Shown here piece after piece: positions 37,555 through 51,924 of a DNA stretch of 64,000 nt. The stretch lies in NCBI GenBank assembly GCA_010093815.1, contig ML996573.1; one strand, written 5' to 3'. The notes below the pieces were generated by a model. The model made no database searches and was not told where the DNA came from. It saw nothing but the letters and a program-made list of their open reading frames with translations. Every line of letters begins with the position of its first letter. Within the stretch, counting starts at the first letter, position 1. The position numbers and the translations under genes were made by a program. This stretch comes from Pseudovirgaria hyperparasitica (lineage: Eukaryota).

Positions 37555-38943
37555 TCAATCGTGATCCCTCTTTACGACGTCGGTATTGGTGGTATCATCA
37601 TCCTTCCGCTCAAGACGAATTTGCCGGAGTCCCTTATCCAACATGTCGAGCTTCTCGTGAACTTCTGCTAATCCCTGCTGCATGCTCACATCTAGTCCCT
37701 GATGTCCACGTTCCGTACTGCCCTCATAGCTGCTTCTCGTTCTGTCCAGCCCACCATGATGTAAACTCTGAGATCTCTCCAGCCCAGAATAGTGGCTATT
37801 ACCCATCCGTTCCAGGGCTGCATGACGGCTGCTGTTCGCCCTCTCAAACGCTCCATCAACAGTCCGCTGGCCCCTCGTAAACGTCGATTCAAGCGCACTC
37901 TGACTACGCGACAAGCGTTCGTGAATTGCCTGCTGCCCTCTTCCAAGCCCCTCTTGCAACTCCTGCTGCCCGTGATCCGCATGATGGTGCATCTTCTCAT
38001 TAATCCTCTCGATACCCCTATGTACCGCATCTAATCCCCTTGCAAGCCCATGATGCCCTCCCTCAGCCACTTTTTCACCAAACCCCCCTGCCGTACTAGC
38101 TATTGTCCTGTGCGACTCCCCGATCGCCGGTAAAGGCGCGACACGCGCTGTATCTAACCGGCCCGCACGTGTCACAGATGTATAAGAATCCGGCACATTT
38201 GCTTCGACATCGGCGCGCACGTTCTCGTACATCAGCTCTATGATGCGTGCTTCTTCCTCGACAACGAGGGTGCATGTCTCGACGCCGAATTCGCGCTCAC
38301 GTTGCTCGATGTATTCGCGCACTTTGCGCCACTCGGACTCGAAGTATGTGAAGCGGTTGGGCAGTCCGGAGCCCTTGAGGTAGGTCAGGAAGCCGGCAAT
38401 TATGGTGTTCACGGCGCCGAAGAAGGTCACAGCACTGCGGCCGCCACCGGCGGCACCTGTGATAGTTAGTCTACACAGAAGGATGGTCTATGGAGGGACA
38501 GAAAGCATACCAAGGGCGGTCAATGTCGCCGCTACGACAATTTGTAGGCCCAAACATCCGTTGATCGCTATCGAGAAGAACTTGAAAAGCTTCCCGCAGT
38601 TCTTTTCTGCCGAGACCGTTCGTGTGTATATACCCACGTTTGGGGCTTTCCGTTGCAGATATGTAGTATCTGTTAACGTAGACACTGAGTCGATTCCCAC
38701 CAATCTACGGAAATGGGCCAGCCGGTCGTGTGTTCCAACAAATTCATGGACTGCAGATCCGATGGGGGCGGGCGGGCGACTTGTTCCTGCGTAGATCCGT
38801 TGTGGTTGAGAGGGAATGCCTTCAGACTGTGACATGGTCTGGGGAGCATGTGTGTTGTCAGGCGCGTTCGCGAAATTGGCCTTTTCTACATCGCCTTGCA
38901 TGCTTCGCTTGAGCAGAGAAGAGACGAAAGGTATCTTCTTCAT
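37555..38943 (-). CDS. Fungal SLATT (SMODS/SLOG-associating 2TM) domain protein with C-terminal 11-mer repeats
   Basis: GIYTRTV..INGCLGLQIVVAATLTALGAAGGGRSAVTFFGAVNTIIAGFLTYLKGSGLPNR matches my recollection of the fungal SLATT family. Intron 38457-38510. Confidence 0.82.
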
Positions 38944-40230
38944 GATGATCCCGTCGCGTAAAGAGGAACTCCCAACTCCCGGGGCAAAGACACAAAAAAC
39001 CAGTCCGCAGCGCGCTCAGAACAAGAGGGAAACGCTCCAACAAAACTCTCACACGACAGCCCCCCAACGCGCACCTGGAAGTCTCTCGCTTTTGAAGACC
39101 GGAATCCACCCGCAACAATATCAGCGGTAGGATGGTCGATCCCAAGCTAGGCTCCTTGCGATGGCCCGTAGACCAATCATCGAGTGTGATTGTACATGTC
39201 CGCGCGCACCAGCCAGCCACATACTGCATGGGCTTTCAGGATCGTCTTTGCTCGAATCACAGGATTTGCTCTACTTGGAACTGGTGCCGATCATTGTTTA
39301 AAGACGGTGATACGCGGGCGACTTCTGCTTGGCAAACGTATCTCAACTAACGATGTCTTGTATTCTCCCATCACTAATTATGTGCAGGACATGTGAGCCT
39401 TCCACCGGGACAGCTTTTGTGTTGTTCTAGGTATATCTCGGAGCGGAGATTGGGCGGATTGGTCCTTCATGCGGCCCGCGGCCCCGTTGCGGGAGCGTAC
39501 CCTAATCCGGCAATCGAAGAGTGGTGTCTGGAGGCAGTAAACAGTAGTGTGAATTCTCAATAGACTATCGCAAATCGTCCAACCTTTTACCCCAGGGCGC
39601 TGTTTATGTTTCGAGTAGTGCATAGAACCTCCTCGAGATCGTGATTCTACACTATTTGATCATCTATGCCTTCAGACTATACATTATTAGTATGATATTC
39701 TCGCATCAAGTGATAGCGATGGGGCATTCTTTACAGTATTGTGATGATACTACATATCCAAACGCGTCTATTGCAGGCCAGTCCAGAAGTACAGTATCTA
39801 AAAAGCATTGAATTTTCTAGAAAGAAGGGTGAGAATCTCGGGCTAAAGGGCACTAGTCTTCTTCAAGTAGTAATCGACATCCAAGTCAAAAAAGTAAACA
39901 CTGCTTTGTAATCATCGCCCTGCTCCACCAGACACTGGGAACCTATGTATAGGTGTTCAATCGGGGAGACATCACGGTATAGCCGAAAACTGCTAATTTG
40001 AGGAACCCTGAAAGACGCACTAATCACTAGCCAACAACCTCAATGGCCGCCCTTGATCGATGACGTGGGATCGCGATGTCGGATGTGGGGTTGGCTTCAT
40101 TTCTAATCCATGCTTTTTAATATAGCTGTGCCGGCCTTGTCAGAGGTATATATAGTCCACTGGTTGCAACTGATCTTCTGCAATTGTATATGATATCTTC
40201 CTTGCTAAAGCAACAACAATCAGAATCAAA

Positions 40231-40994
40231 ATGTCAAAGCCAATTACCTTGTATGGCCATGCCGGCGGCCCAAACCCGTGGAAAGTTGTCATCTTCCTCG
40301 AGGAGCTCGGCATCGCCTACGACATGAAGATAATGGACTTCGGGGATCTCAAGAAGGAGCCCTATGAGTCCATTAACCCTAACGGTCGTGTGCCAGCGAT
40401 CGAAGATCCCAACACCGGTATCCAGGTCTGGGAGGTAATTATGCACCGTGATAACGCGACACCTTCTGCTTAACTAACTGGTATTATCAGTCTGGTGCCA
40501 TCATCGACTATCTCATCGAGACATATGACAAGAGTGGCAAGTTCGCTACCAAGTCTTCACAAGATAAATGGACCGCGCGAGCTCTCCGTGATTTCCAGAT
40601 GAGTGGACAAGGTCCATACACAGGCCAAAAAGGTGTGTTACATCTCCGCTCATCCTGGCATCCAGCCACTAACATATAGCTAGTATGGTTTACGAAGTTC
40701 CATCCTGAGAAAGTTCCTTCGGCAGTTGAGCGTTACGGCAAGGAGACCGTGCGCAACATCGGCGTCATTGAGAAGCAACTCAAGAAGAGCGGTGGTAGCT
40801 ACTTGCTGGGTAACGACATTAGTTATGCCGATTTGATGTTTGTGCCTTGGTACTGGTATAACGCAATTACGGTGCCAGAGGGAACCGACTTGGACAAGGA
40901 ATTCCCGTCGTGGTCGGCTTGGTATCAGAAGTTGAGTGAGAGGCCGTCGGTCAAGAAGGCGGCGGCCGATCGGACGAAGGCTATGGGTGGATAG
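40231..40994 (+). CDS. Glutathione S-transferase (Ure2p-like class)
   Basis: GPNPWKVVIFLEEL, INPNGRVPAIED, WE|SGAIIDYL, FQMSGQGPY, ISYADLMFVPW. Two introns. Confidence 0.93.
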
Positions 40995-41640
40995 ATATCA
41001 AATTATTGACCTTGAATACACGCAAGCGATGTAATAAACCATTGATGGAGCATTACCACTGGAGCTCTTTTTATTCGGAGTGATGTCTTCATCGCGCGTG
41101 GATGTTTTATTGAGAAATATCATTTACTTTAGACAATCACGCTAACCTTGGGACATATGCGCCATGCATTTACGGTAGCACATGATAGGTGATTTGCCAT
41201 GGAATAGTTTTATTGTGCTACGTAAATGCAGCAAGTGGTTTAGCTGATCTATCCAAGATTAGCGAGGCATACAAAGAAGGTTTAAATCCTCATGCAGGTG
41301 CATCGTCCAACAAGTGAAGCGCTGTGCTGTCGGAGGATGCTCCTAATCTTCCGTCTCATCTCATCAACGGTCTCGCCCAAGAGCGACATCAGGCTATGGA
41401 TTGCGCTGAAATATCATTGACATCGATAGCCTAGAGCTACAGGGGTTCGGTGTGGGTGTTGTGACCTTCCCTATCTATCAAGGCTCGGGTGATCGCTGCG
41501 TGATGTACAGCGTCCCGGCTCGTCTGCTATTGTGCGGAAGCTCGAATTAGTTCAACTTTGCCTCTTGGGCAGCTTTCAAGGTTCAATCGCTTTTTAGTCC
41601 AGTAGACATCTACTCCTGACTGTAGGGATGCGGATGAGCA

Positions 41641-42587
41641 TCAAGTGTCGGCTTTAGACTTCTTCGATTTCTTCTTGTGTGTCTTCACGCCATCAGAGCT
41701 CTTCATTTTGTGCGTTTTGCCATCGGAATCTTGCTTAGGTGCTGTTGCATTCGATTCAGGCTTGGGCACTACTGGTCTATTCAGAAGAGCCTGAAAAGCT
41801 TCACTGCGTCCCCTTGGCGCTTTGTTCGATTTCTGTTTCTTAGCAACGGGCTTTCCATCGCGCGGTGCATAGTGTTTGTCGCGAGTCGCTTCAACTCCCT
41901 TGTTACTCTGTTTCCTGTTGGGCTTGTGGGAAGCCTGTTTTGGTTCTTTCTCCTCTATTTTCAGCTTCATATCCTCAGTCTCTGACTCCTCAGAACTTGA
42001 ATCAGATGAACTACTATCTTCGTCCGCGCCGCCCTGTCGCTCCGCAAGCTCTTGCGCCTTCCTCTTCTTTTCTAGTCTTTCCATCTCGACCTTTTCCGTC
42101 AATTGATCGAATTTAATCTTAGCCGATGCTTTCTCTCGCTCCTGTCGCACTGTGCGATCTTTGTCGTACTGCTCGTTGCCGGATAAGCCGTGCTTTATGA
42201 AACGGTTCGCCGCCGAGGTGTCGAGCGTTCGATGCCCAGGACGTTTGACTGGTCCTTCTTCTGCAAGTTTGATCTTCGCGAAGTATTGTTTAACTCTACT
42301 GAGCTCCTCAAAGATAGGATGTGCCTTGGCATCGACGGAGGAGAGGTTGAGGTATGCTGGTGGAAGTGTTAGTCGATGTTTATTATCTGATCGAGAACTA
42401 CCATACAAAATATTACTGATTCGATAGCATATGTCGTGAGCACATGGAGCTTCGCCTTGTCAAGCAAAGGTAGCTTGCTAGACGTGTCGCGCAATGAGGT
42501 CTTCAAAAGTGGCTCGAGAGCATCTTCAAGTTCATCGATGTTCGCGGACAAATTCTCGATTAGCGGGTTGAGATCTGTTGAATCCAT
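41641..42587 (-). CDS. Exosome cofactor C1D/Rrp47/Lrp1 (Sas10/Utp3/C1D family)
   Basis: LPLLDKAKLHVLTTYAIES, HPIFEELSRVKQYFAKI, LDTSAANRFIKHGLSGN, and a Lys-rich tail. One intron. Confidence 0.88.
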
Positions 42588-43068
42588 GGTAGTTCAAATA
42601 TAAGCGTTATTTCGATTTCGACTTTAGACCTAGCTATATCGAATACCTGTAATTGTTATGTAAAGATATGTAGAATTTATGTTATTCCGAAGATCCTCCG
42701 ACCGGTTTCAATGACGAAGGTCGTGGCGAGAACACCGCGATTCAGCGCTCAATACTGAAGGAGTACGATGATTAACTTTTCTCGTATATTATAACCCCAT
42801 ACGAATGCTGTCAAGCTGTCTTCCATAACGCTTCCAATCCTTTTACCCAGGCTCCGGCCTCGAAGACTCCCGCGCTCCGGATGGTTCTCCGGTAACATTG
42901 ACTGCGGCCGGGCGGCCTTGTCATGTTCTCAAAGAAAGAGGACCCCAATGGAAACACAAAGGGAAGCTGGGGTAGCTCGGGAAGATGAAATAATGTTTGT
43001 AGCCTCTACAGAATGCATTGATAGCTATTAATGATACACATAGCTCCTCGAACCGTACATCTAGCAAT

Positions 43069-44853
43069 ATGATGTCGCGCAAGCGCTCTTCTGATCCGAG
43101 GCCAGAGAGGACAGGACGACCGCCTCAAGATAAAATACACGTTGTTGGACTTGGGTCTATTGGATTATTCATAGCACACTCTCTGAAAGCTGTACCTTGG
43201 GAGGGGACGCCCGACGTGATCCTCGTTTCACACAAAAAGTCAACAAGAGATAAATGGTTACGGTCTCCGCAACGGATCACCTGTACAGTCGATGGAGACG
43301 TTCTCAATAGTGGCCACTACTGGATGCAGTTCGCAACACCCAATCGAAGATATCATGGGTCTGAGATCTTACCTGGTAATCCTCTACCGAAGAGTGGTAT
43401 ACGGAAAGCCAAGGACGATGCAACCTACCATGTGACACCTGAGGAGTTTGCTGAGCGCGAGAAGTCAGACTCTAGCAGTCGGAATGTTGGTAAAAGGGTC
43501 CATACAGACACTGGTCGACCGGACCTCGCAGAGAAATCCACCCAAGAGGCAGTACAACAAAGCGTTGCAGGAGCTGTCGAAAATAGAAAGTCAGGACAGT
43601 CTATCGAAAGCAGCCAAGAGGAGTCCACACCCAAAGCACACAGAAGTCCAGATAGGATCGAGGCAGTATCCGGAAGCGGCACGCAAAGTGGAACTTGGTC
43701 CAAAGAAGATGAAGAAGCATTCAACGATGAGCTCACCCCTGAGCAACGCAGAACGCTCGATCAGGTGGACCAGATGATGGCCGAAGCAGAGGCGTCTCGA
43801 ACACGCAAGACTCCCCTTGAAGACAGATCACTCCCCGACATCAATAAAGTAGGCCAACAAATAGCCCGGAGCTCAGACGACGACCCCATTCTCCATCTAA
43901 TCCTCTGTGTCAAAGCCCCCGACACAGTTTCCGCTCTTTCTGCCGTCGCCGGACGCCTCTCTGCCGCCAGCAGCATCCTCTTCCTCCACAACGGCATCGG
44001 CATCATCGAAGAAGTCAACACCAAAATCTTCCCCGATCCCGCCACCCGCCCTACATATCTCCTCGGAGTCAACTCGCACGGCGTCAACAAACAACCAGAT
44101 CACCCATTCGCCATCGAATGGGCCGGTCAAGGCACCATCGCCATCGGGCCATACCCCGAAATCCCCGACCCAACCTCTCCTCGCGCCCACACTCTACCCC
44201 CATTCGACCCATCCCCATCCGCCCGCTGCCTCATGAACCACATCAAGCGCGTCCCCCAGCTCCAAGCCGCCGTCCACCCACCCGACCAACTCCTCGCCCT
44301 ACAACTCGAGAAACTCGCCATAAACTGCGTCATCAACCCGCTGACCGCCCTGCTCGACGTCCGCAACGGCTACCTGCCCTATTCCTACTCCCTCCTCCGC
44401 GTCGCCCGCCTCATCATCTCAGAGGTCTCCCTCGTCCTGCGCAACCTGCCCGCGCTCTCCCATCTCTACAACACCGAACGCCGCTTTTCCCCGCGCCGTC
44501 TCGAGGCGCTGTGGGTCGGCGTCGCGACACGCACCGGGCAGAATGTTAGTAGTATGCTTGCGGACGTGCGCTTTGGGCGTGGTAAGACTGAGGTCGAGTA
44601 TATGAATGGCTGGGTGCATCGCATGGGCGAGAAGCTCGGCGTGACGTGCGTGACGAATTACGGGCTCGAGAAGCTGGTCAAGGGCAAGGCGACGATTGTG
44701 CAATGGGAGAAGCAGATGGATTTGCCGTTTAGTGAGGAGACGGAGGTTAAGTTGAGGGATCAGGAGGAGTGGGTTAGGGCGGAAAGGGAGGAGCAGAGGG
44801 TGAGGAGGAAGGAGAAGCAGAAGGAGAAGGGGAACAGGTCTGTACAAAAATGA
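43069..44853 (+). CDS. 2-dehydropantoate 2-reductase (PanE/ApbA)-family protein with a long insertion
   Basis: IHVVGLGSIG, LCVKA, LFLHNGIG, EKLAINCVINPLTA, SSMLADV..TEVEYMNG. Start codon uncertain. Confidence 0.88.
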   Translation: MMSRKRSSDPRPERTGRPPQDKIHVVGLGSIGLFIAHSLKAVPWEGTPDVILVSHKKSTRDKWLRSPQRITCTVDGDVLNSGHYWMQFATPNRRYHGSEILPGNPLPKSGIRKAKDDATYHVTPEEFAEREKSDSSSRNVGKRVHTDTGRPDLAEKSTQEAVQQSVAGAVENRKSGQSIESSQEESTPKAHRSPDRIEAVSGSGTQSGTWSKEDEEAFNDELTPEQRRTLDQVDQMMAEAEASRTRKTPLEDRSLPDINKVGQQIARSSDDDPILHLILCVKAPDTVSALSAVAGRLSAASSILFLHNGIGIIEEVNTKIFPDPATRPTYLLGVNSHGVNKQPDHPFAIEWAGQGTIAIGPYPEIPDPTSPRAHTLPPFDPSPSARCLMNHIKRVPQLQAAVHPPDQLLALQLEKLAINCVINPLTALLDVRNGYLPYSYSLLRVARLIISEVSLVLRNLPALSHLYNTERRFSPRRLEALWVGVATRTGQNVSSMLADVRFGRGKTEVEYMNGWVHRMGEKLGVTCVTNYGLEKLVKGKATIVQWEKQMDLPFSEETEVKLRDQEEWVRAEREEQRVRRKEKQKEKGNRSVQK

Positions 44854-45047
44854 TTGGCTATGAAGTTAGGCGACGTTTTGAGGTGTGTTATGATGGAGAT
44901 ATGGCGGGATTTATTTGTAGTCGCGGATTGTAAGTGCATGACATCCGGCCACTGTAGCAGGTCTGGTGCTGCATGCTCAATACAGGCATTTTCTATCTGA
45001 TCTATATAATTACGCAAAGGGAACTATGTTGGTTCGATATTCGAGAT

Positions 45048-47119
<2,072 letters not shown>

Positions 47120-47609
47120 GATGAAATGAGATGAGGTATGATATAGGAGTGGAGGAGGGAGAAGATGGAGAGAGGTCAAAAGCAAGCAATTGGAGACTGT
47201 ACAGAGAGAGAATGGAGGATAGGAAGAGGGGAGAAAGAATATGAAGGCTAGGACAGGTAAGCTAAAGGAAATTTTTTGTATACAGATTATGGCGGAGTGG
47301 AAAGGTAAGGCCTTTTGGGGGGAACTGCCGACCGACGTAATGTTGTTTCGGCTGCGGGGCAGAGCACGGACGGCGTAGTCCAAAGCACGCAACCTTGTTA
47401 CTACAGGGGGTCCCGGTCGGGTGGAGTCGGTTTACGAGCACTGCTGCCCGTGCGACGAAGTGGTGAGGGGCTTCGGGGAGACTTTAATCCAACACCAAGT
47501 CTTGATCTATTCACAGCTTCGGGGGCCATGGTCTATATACTATCTCACGACCTCGAATGCCAGCTGTCACAAACAAGCAATTCTCAGCAAACAGGGTACG
47601 TGCGATGAT

Positions 47610-47622
47610 GACAAACGGCAAT
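47610..47622. promoter_or_regulatory. 13-mer GACAAACGGCAAT upstream of MET3, shared with the MET16 upstream region
   Basis: Exact copy at 49235-49247. Confidence 0.5.
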
Positions 47623-48066
47623 GATAACACACCAATGCGTGTCAATCAAAGAGGAAAAGCTTGGTACGATGGTGTGATCGGTCGCACACGAGGCGTGTTC
47701 CAAACTTCCTTTTGGCTGTCCGGCCTGGAATGAGACATACATTCACGGGGTGCGGAGACGCCTCATATACACACAAGGCGATCTTACACAAGATAAGGAT
47801 TGCAGAGATCATAGCGTCTGATGGGCCTTTAGAGGTTGAATGCTGCTTCACTGTGATATCGCGATAACTATGTAATTTTGCCGGCGGCTCTCATCCGAGA
47901 GATTCGCATCCTTCCACTTCTTTTGTATCTTTTTGTCTTCTATCTCTTACGAGATGCTGACCGCTGTATAGTCCCCAGCACTCATAAATGCTCACTGCCG
48001 AACGCCAATATGCTGTGGTATACGCTAAAAATCGCACGAAAGAAATGTACAGACTATGGGAGACTA

Positions 48067-49050
48067 TTACACCGAGATGGAGGTCTGATTGAGCTGCTCG
48101 ATAGTCTGCTCCATGCCTTCTTGTTGTAAAGTTCGCTTACGCTCTTGATCCATGAGAAACTGAGCGTAGCGGGACTTCTTGTTGTGGATGCCACACTCGG
48201 TTTTGTTGCGGCCTTTCCAACGTCCAGAACGCTCGTCCTCACCGGCAGCGACAGGCTGCGTGGAGTGCCAGTCACCGACGCTCTTGTAGCCGCGCTGGAG
48301 AAGTTCATTGGAGGGAACGTCATTTTCCTTGATGTAGGTGTTGACTTGATCAAAGGTCCAATTGGCTAGTGGATTGACCTTGATCATACCGGTGTCGTCA
48401 ATCTCGACAATGTCAAGCTCGCTGCGTTTCCCGCCTTGGGTGCTGCGGCGACCGGTGATGACAGCCTTGACCTGAAGTTCGGCGTAGGAACGTTGGGCAG
48501 GCTCCACTTTGGCCACCCAGTCGTAGAGTTCCTCATTGGACTCCCACAGCTTTTCGCCGTGCTTAGTGGCGAATTCTTCAGCGGTTTCGCAACCTTCAGG
48601 CTTGTAGATGTGCATATGGAACTTCGGATAGGTCTTCCTCACGCGGTTGGCCAGGTCAAGAGTCTCGGAGAAGTGGTGCAAGGTATCGAGGAAGATGAGG
48701 TCAATGCGAGAGCTTAGTGGTCCAGAGATCTTGGACAGCTTATCGAGAATGACGAGGCCTGAAGGTCCAAGAGCGGTGGTTTGGTATAACGATGGCAATG
48801 AGATCAGGCACCATTGCAGGATTTCTGCAACATGTTAGCCCTCGAGTTCGACACGTGATCATGGGGAAAGAGTTTACGCACCATCTGGCGACAATTTGGA
48901 CAACTGCTGGTTGATGTGCTTCAGGTGTGTCTTGGTAAAGAGTACTTCAGGCTGTGGGGAATCGTTTGATTCGCCAGAACCATATCCAGACTCTACATCT
49001 CTCAGTGACGCGGTATCCTTGTCGTCGTAGGTGGTTGAATTGCCCGACAT
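48067..49050 (-). CDS. MET16: PAPS reductase
   Basis: LYQTTALGPSG, IFLDTLHHF, KVEP, TGRRSTQG, GYKSVGDWHST, ERSGRW..KTECGIH. One intron at about 48827-48878. Confidence 0.96.
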
Positions 49051-49234
49051 GTCGAAACGAGCAAGAGTCGCGCGTACTCTGTCAAGTATACTACAGAAAC
49101 GTGACTGAGACGCTTGGGGCAGTTTGTGCAGGGAGAAAGGCAAAGAGTTGTTACGGCTGAAGAGGATGATGCGGAAAAGAGAAGCAATGGACAGCAGAAG
49201 AGACTGACATATGAAGAGAGAGGGTCATGACTAC

Positions 49235-49247
49235 GACAAACGGCAAT
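49235..49247. promoter_or_regulatory. 13-mer GACAAACGGCAAT upstream of MET16, shared with the MET3 upstream region
   Basis: Exact copy at 47610-47622. Confidence 0.5.
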
Positions 49248-50964
49248 ACTGGAGATTACGAAGGCTGCTTAGGAATTGCGTGCTTGATGTGTCCGCTACC
49301 GGTGTCGTAGTTTGTCAATACTATGTAATTACTGTCTATTAATCATCCCCTTCGGCCAAATCTCTCAACCTTCCAGAAGAAATTTCGCAATCAGCACGAT
49401 TGAGCACGCAATTGCACGAGATAGGCTACACCGCATCCGGTAGTCTATACTAACTGTCCACCACTTACAACGGCGTAAAATAGCGGATTGAGGCTGGATG
49501 CTTATTGTGGAGAAGATCAGGTTCGGGGGAATCGGGGCATCGGGGATCTGCTCTCGTGTCCTATGTGCATCATACATAATAGCAGAATTTTGTTGGCCGC
49601 CGCATCCGTCATTACACTCACACTGAGCACACACTTTCTCAGACTACACATGCGTTTCAGCAATGATGCATTAGAAGCTGTTTACTTATCATCTATCTCC
49701 CTCTGCGTCTGCTCTGGACAATCAAGCGATGGCTTACCTAAGTATTACACCATCAGCATGACGATGTGCCAGGTGGATCCAGCACGCCATAATCCTCCAA
49801 TACATGAGGCCTGGACCTTGCAGCTGTGGCGTTCGTCTTAATGCGGTATAGACCCGCATGAATATCGGGATCCTGCGTAAGGCTGTTGTGGCTAAGTACC
49901 CACCTTGCTCGTAGTCACGATGTGGAGTTGCTTTACCGATCCCAGTTGCCCTTCGTTCAGCCTTTTGATGCTAACTTCCATCTTGAATTGATCCAGGACA
50001 TTGGCTGCATCCTCGCAAGATAGAGCCTCGGCTATTTTTTTTTTTCATGAATTGTGCTAGCTTGGCTTTGGAATTGTTTTGGTGACCCAACGGCTGGTCT
50101 TTGACAGCTGGTTGAAACGCGGAGACGTTGTAACTGCTTTATTGCTTTATTTCTTGCTTACTAATCTTCGGTCAAAGACCTCGTTGCCTCTGCAACTTTG
50201 TATCGTTAAGTGCTTCCACGTCAAGTTAAAAGAGCAGCTATCGACCCAAAATATGTCCAAACCGGCTCTGTCCAATGAGTGTCTCGCTCTGTTAAGGCTG
50301 CAATGCTGCGCCTGAACATTGCTGTTTTATACATTATGAAGTATGCTGACAGCTTTATCACATTTCAGGATCCTTAAGCAACAATCTCATTGACAACATT
50401 ATCATCGCTGTAAACTTGTATGTGCCGATCGATGTTGATAACCTGGGGATGCGGTGTTGCACACCCTTCAAATTACACCGTTCAGCTGTCTCTAAAGATA
50501 TACACCTGCGTCTGTCAAGAAGGCTCGAACCTCTGTGATACACTCCTGAGCTTTGCTGTCGAGAACTTTTACAAGCTTGATCTTTTGGTTCCTGGAGATA
50601 TTCAACGCAACATTGATGATCAGGTCCCATTTTTGCATACTGCGAAACTATTGTTCGTTTATCGCCTGTTGGTATGACAGGACAGGTATCGCCGTTGACA
50701 GTCCCCAACAAAGCCTAGGTTGATATTCAGTCATCCGGCAGAGCTGTTAAATTGATATCCCAGCATAGTCTGCTCAAGCGGTCAGCTAATAGGATATTCC
50801 ACACAACTTGACTCAGCCTATATGTCGTGCTGCCAAGACATTAGTCATCAGCATTGCCACGCCCGCCATCAAGAGACGGGCACGTTCATGTACAAGATAG
50901 AACCTTTGGAAGGCGCCATTTTGAATCGTGTCTCCCGAAGTCTCTCACTGCGACCTTGTTCATC

Positions 50965-51430
50965 ATGGCGCAATTCAGGTCAAAGACATTGGACATCAGC
51001 TGTTTCATTAACGCGAGAAATATTCGCGACCATACCAAACGGAAAGTCTTTGCAGAATACGAATCGGAGAGGTACGAGAGCATTGGAATCCCGTATCTCG
51101 ACGGAGATCGTCTGAATAACATCTGACACAGGCAAGCCCTCCGATACATCACACGAAATACCACCCTTCCTCAAAGAATGCGAGCCCAGGCACATCTCCA
51201 ACTCTCACAAATGCACTGCTACACAAGGTTCACACAGATCAAGAATCGTTGCATCATGGGCGGAAGAGGTCGTGGTGTATTCAGTGACTTTAAGATGGCA
51301 AGGGTAGGCTTGCAGATGCTCTTACTCATTCGTCAAGGACAATTGCTAATTTACATTCACTCGGTAGTATCAATTCAGGGTTCAAGCTCTAGCTGGAAAT
51401 GTTCCAGGCGTAAAGAAAGCCAGTTGGTAG
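50965..51430 (+). CDS. MRP2: Mitochondrial ribosomal protein uS14m
   Basis: Three exons: MAQFRSKTLD..RDHTKRKVFAEYESER|QALRYI..QIKNRCIMGGRGRGVFSDFKMAR|YQFR..GVKKASW. Confidence 0.94.
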
Positions 51431-51924
51431 TCACCTTAAGGCCGTCATGCGGAGCACTGCTCGAGAACTGGAAACCTCATCCCGCCGATGTACAATATGC
51501 ATAGATGGAAGCATGGAAGGCGTTTTTGTACATACGAAACCTTTACGCCTTTTGACGCCTCAGCAAGGTACTGGAAGTTTCCTGTATTTCCATAAGTTTC
51601 ATTTCTCTCGTGTCAACAGTGCTTTTCGTGTTCTGTTTCGCCTTTGGGGACTGTTGTGTCGCACGTTCCTCATAAGTCTCTCACACGCGATAAACACGCG
51701 GGTCGTTTCCGGGTTGGCCCACAAGGTAGCAAGTGAACGCAAACAGTGCAACTGCAACCACGTGATGAGGTCCTACCCAGCTCATCGACCACCAGGTTGC
51801 TTCACTCTATCTCAATCACCTTTGGCTGAAGGTAGGTAGTCCACATCTCGTCTGAGATTGTTCTTCTTCTTTACAGCTTTTTGATAAGACTCCCAACTCT
51901 CCTGTCTTCGTCATTGAATTCGCC

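Noticed and set aside
47517..47536. CTTCGGGGGCCATGGTCTA nearly matches the 5' end of the tRNA-like element
   Set aside because: The match is short, no B-box follows, and it is probably chance.
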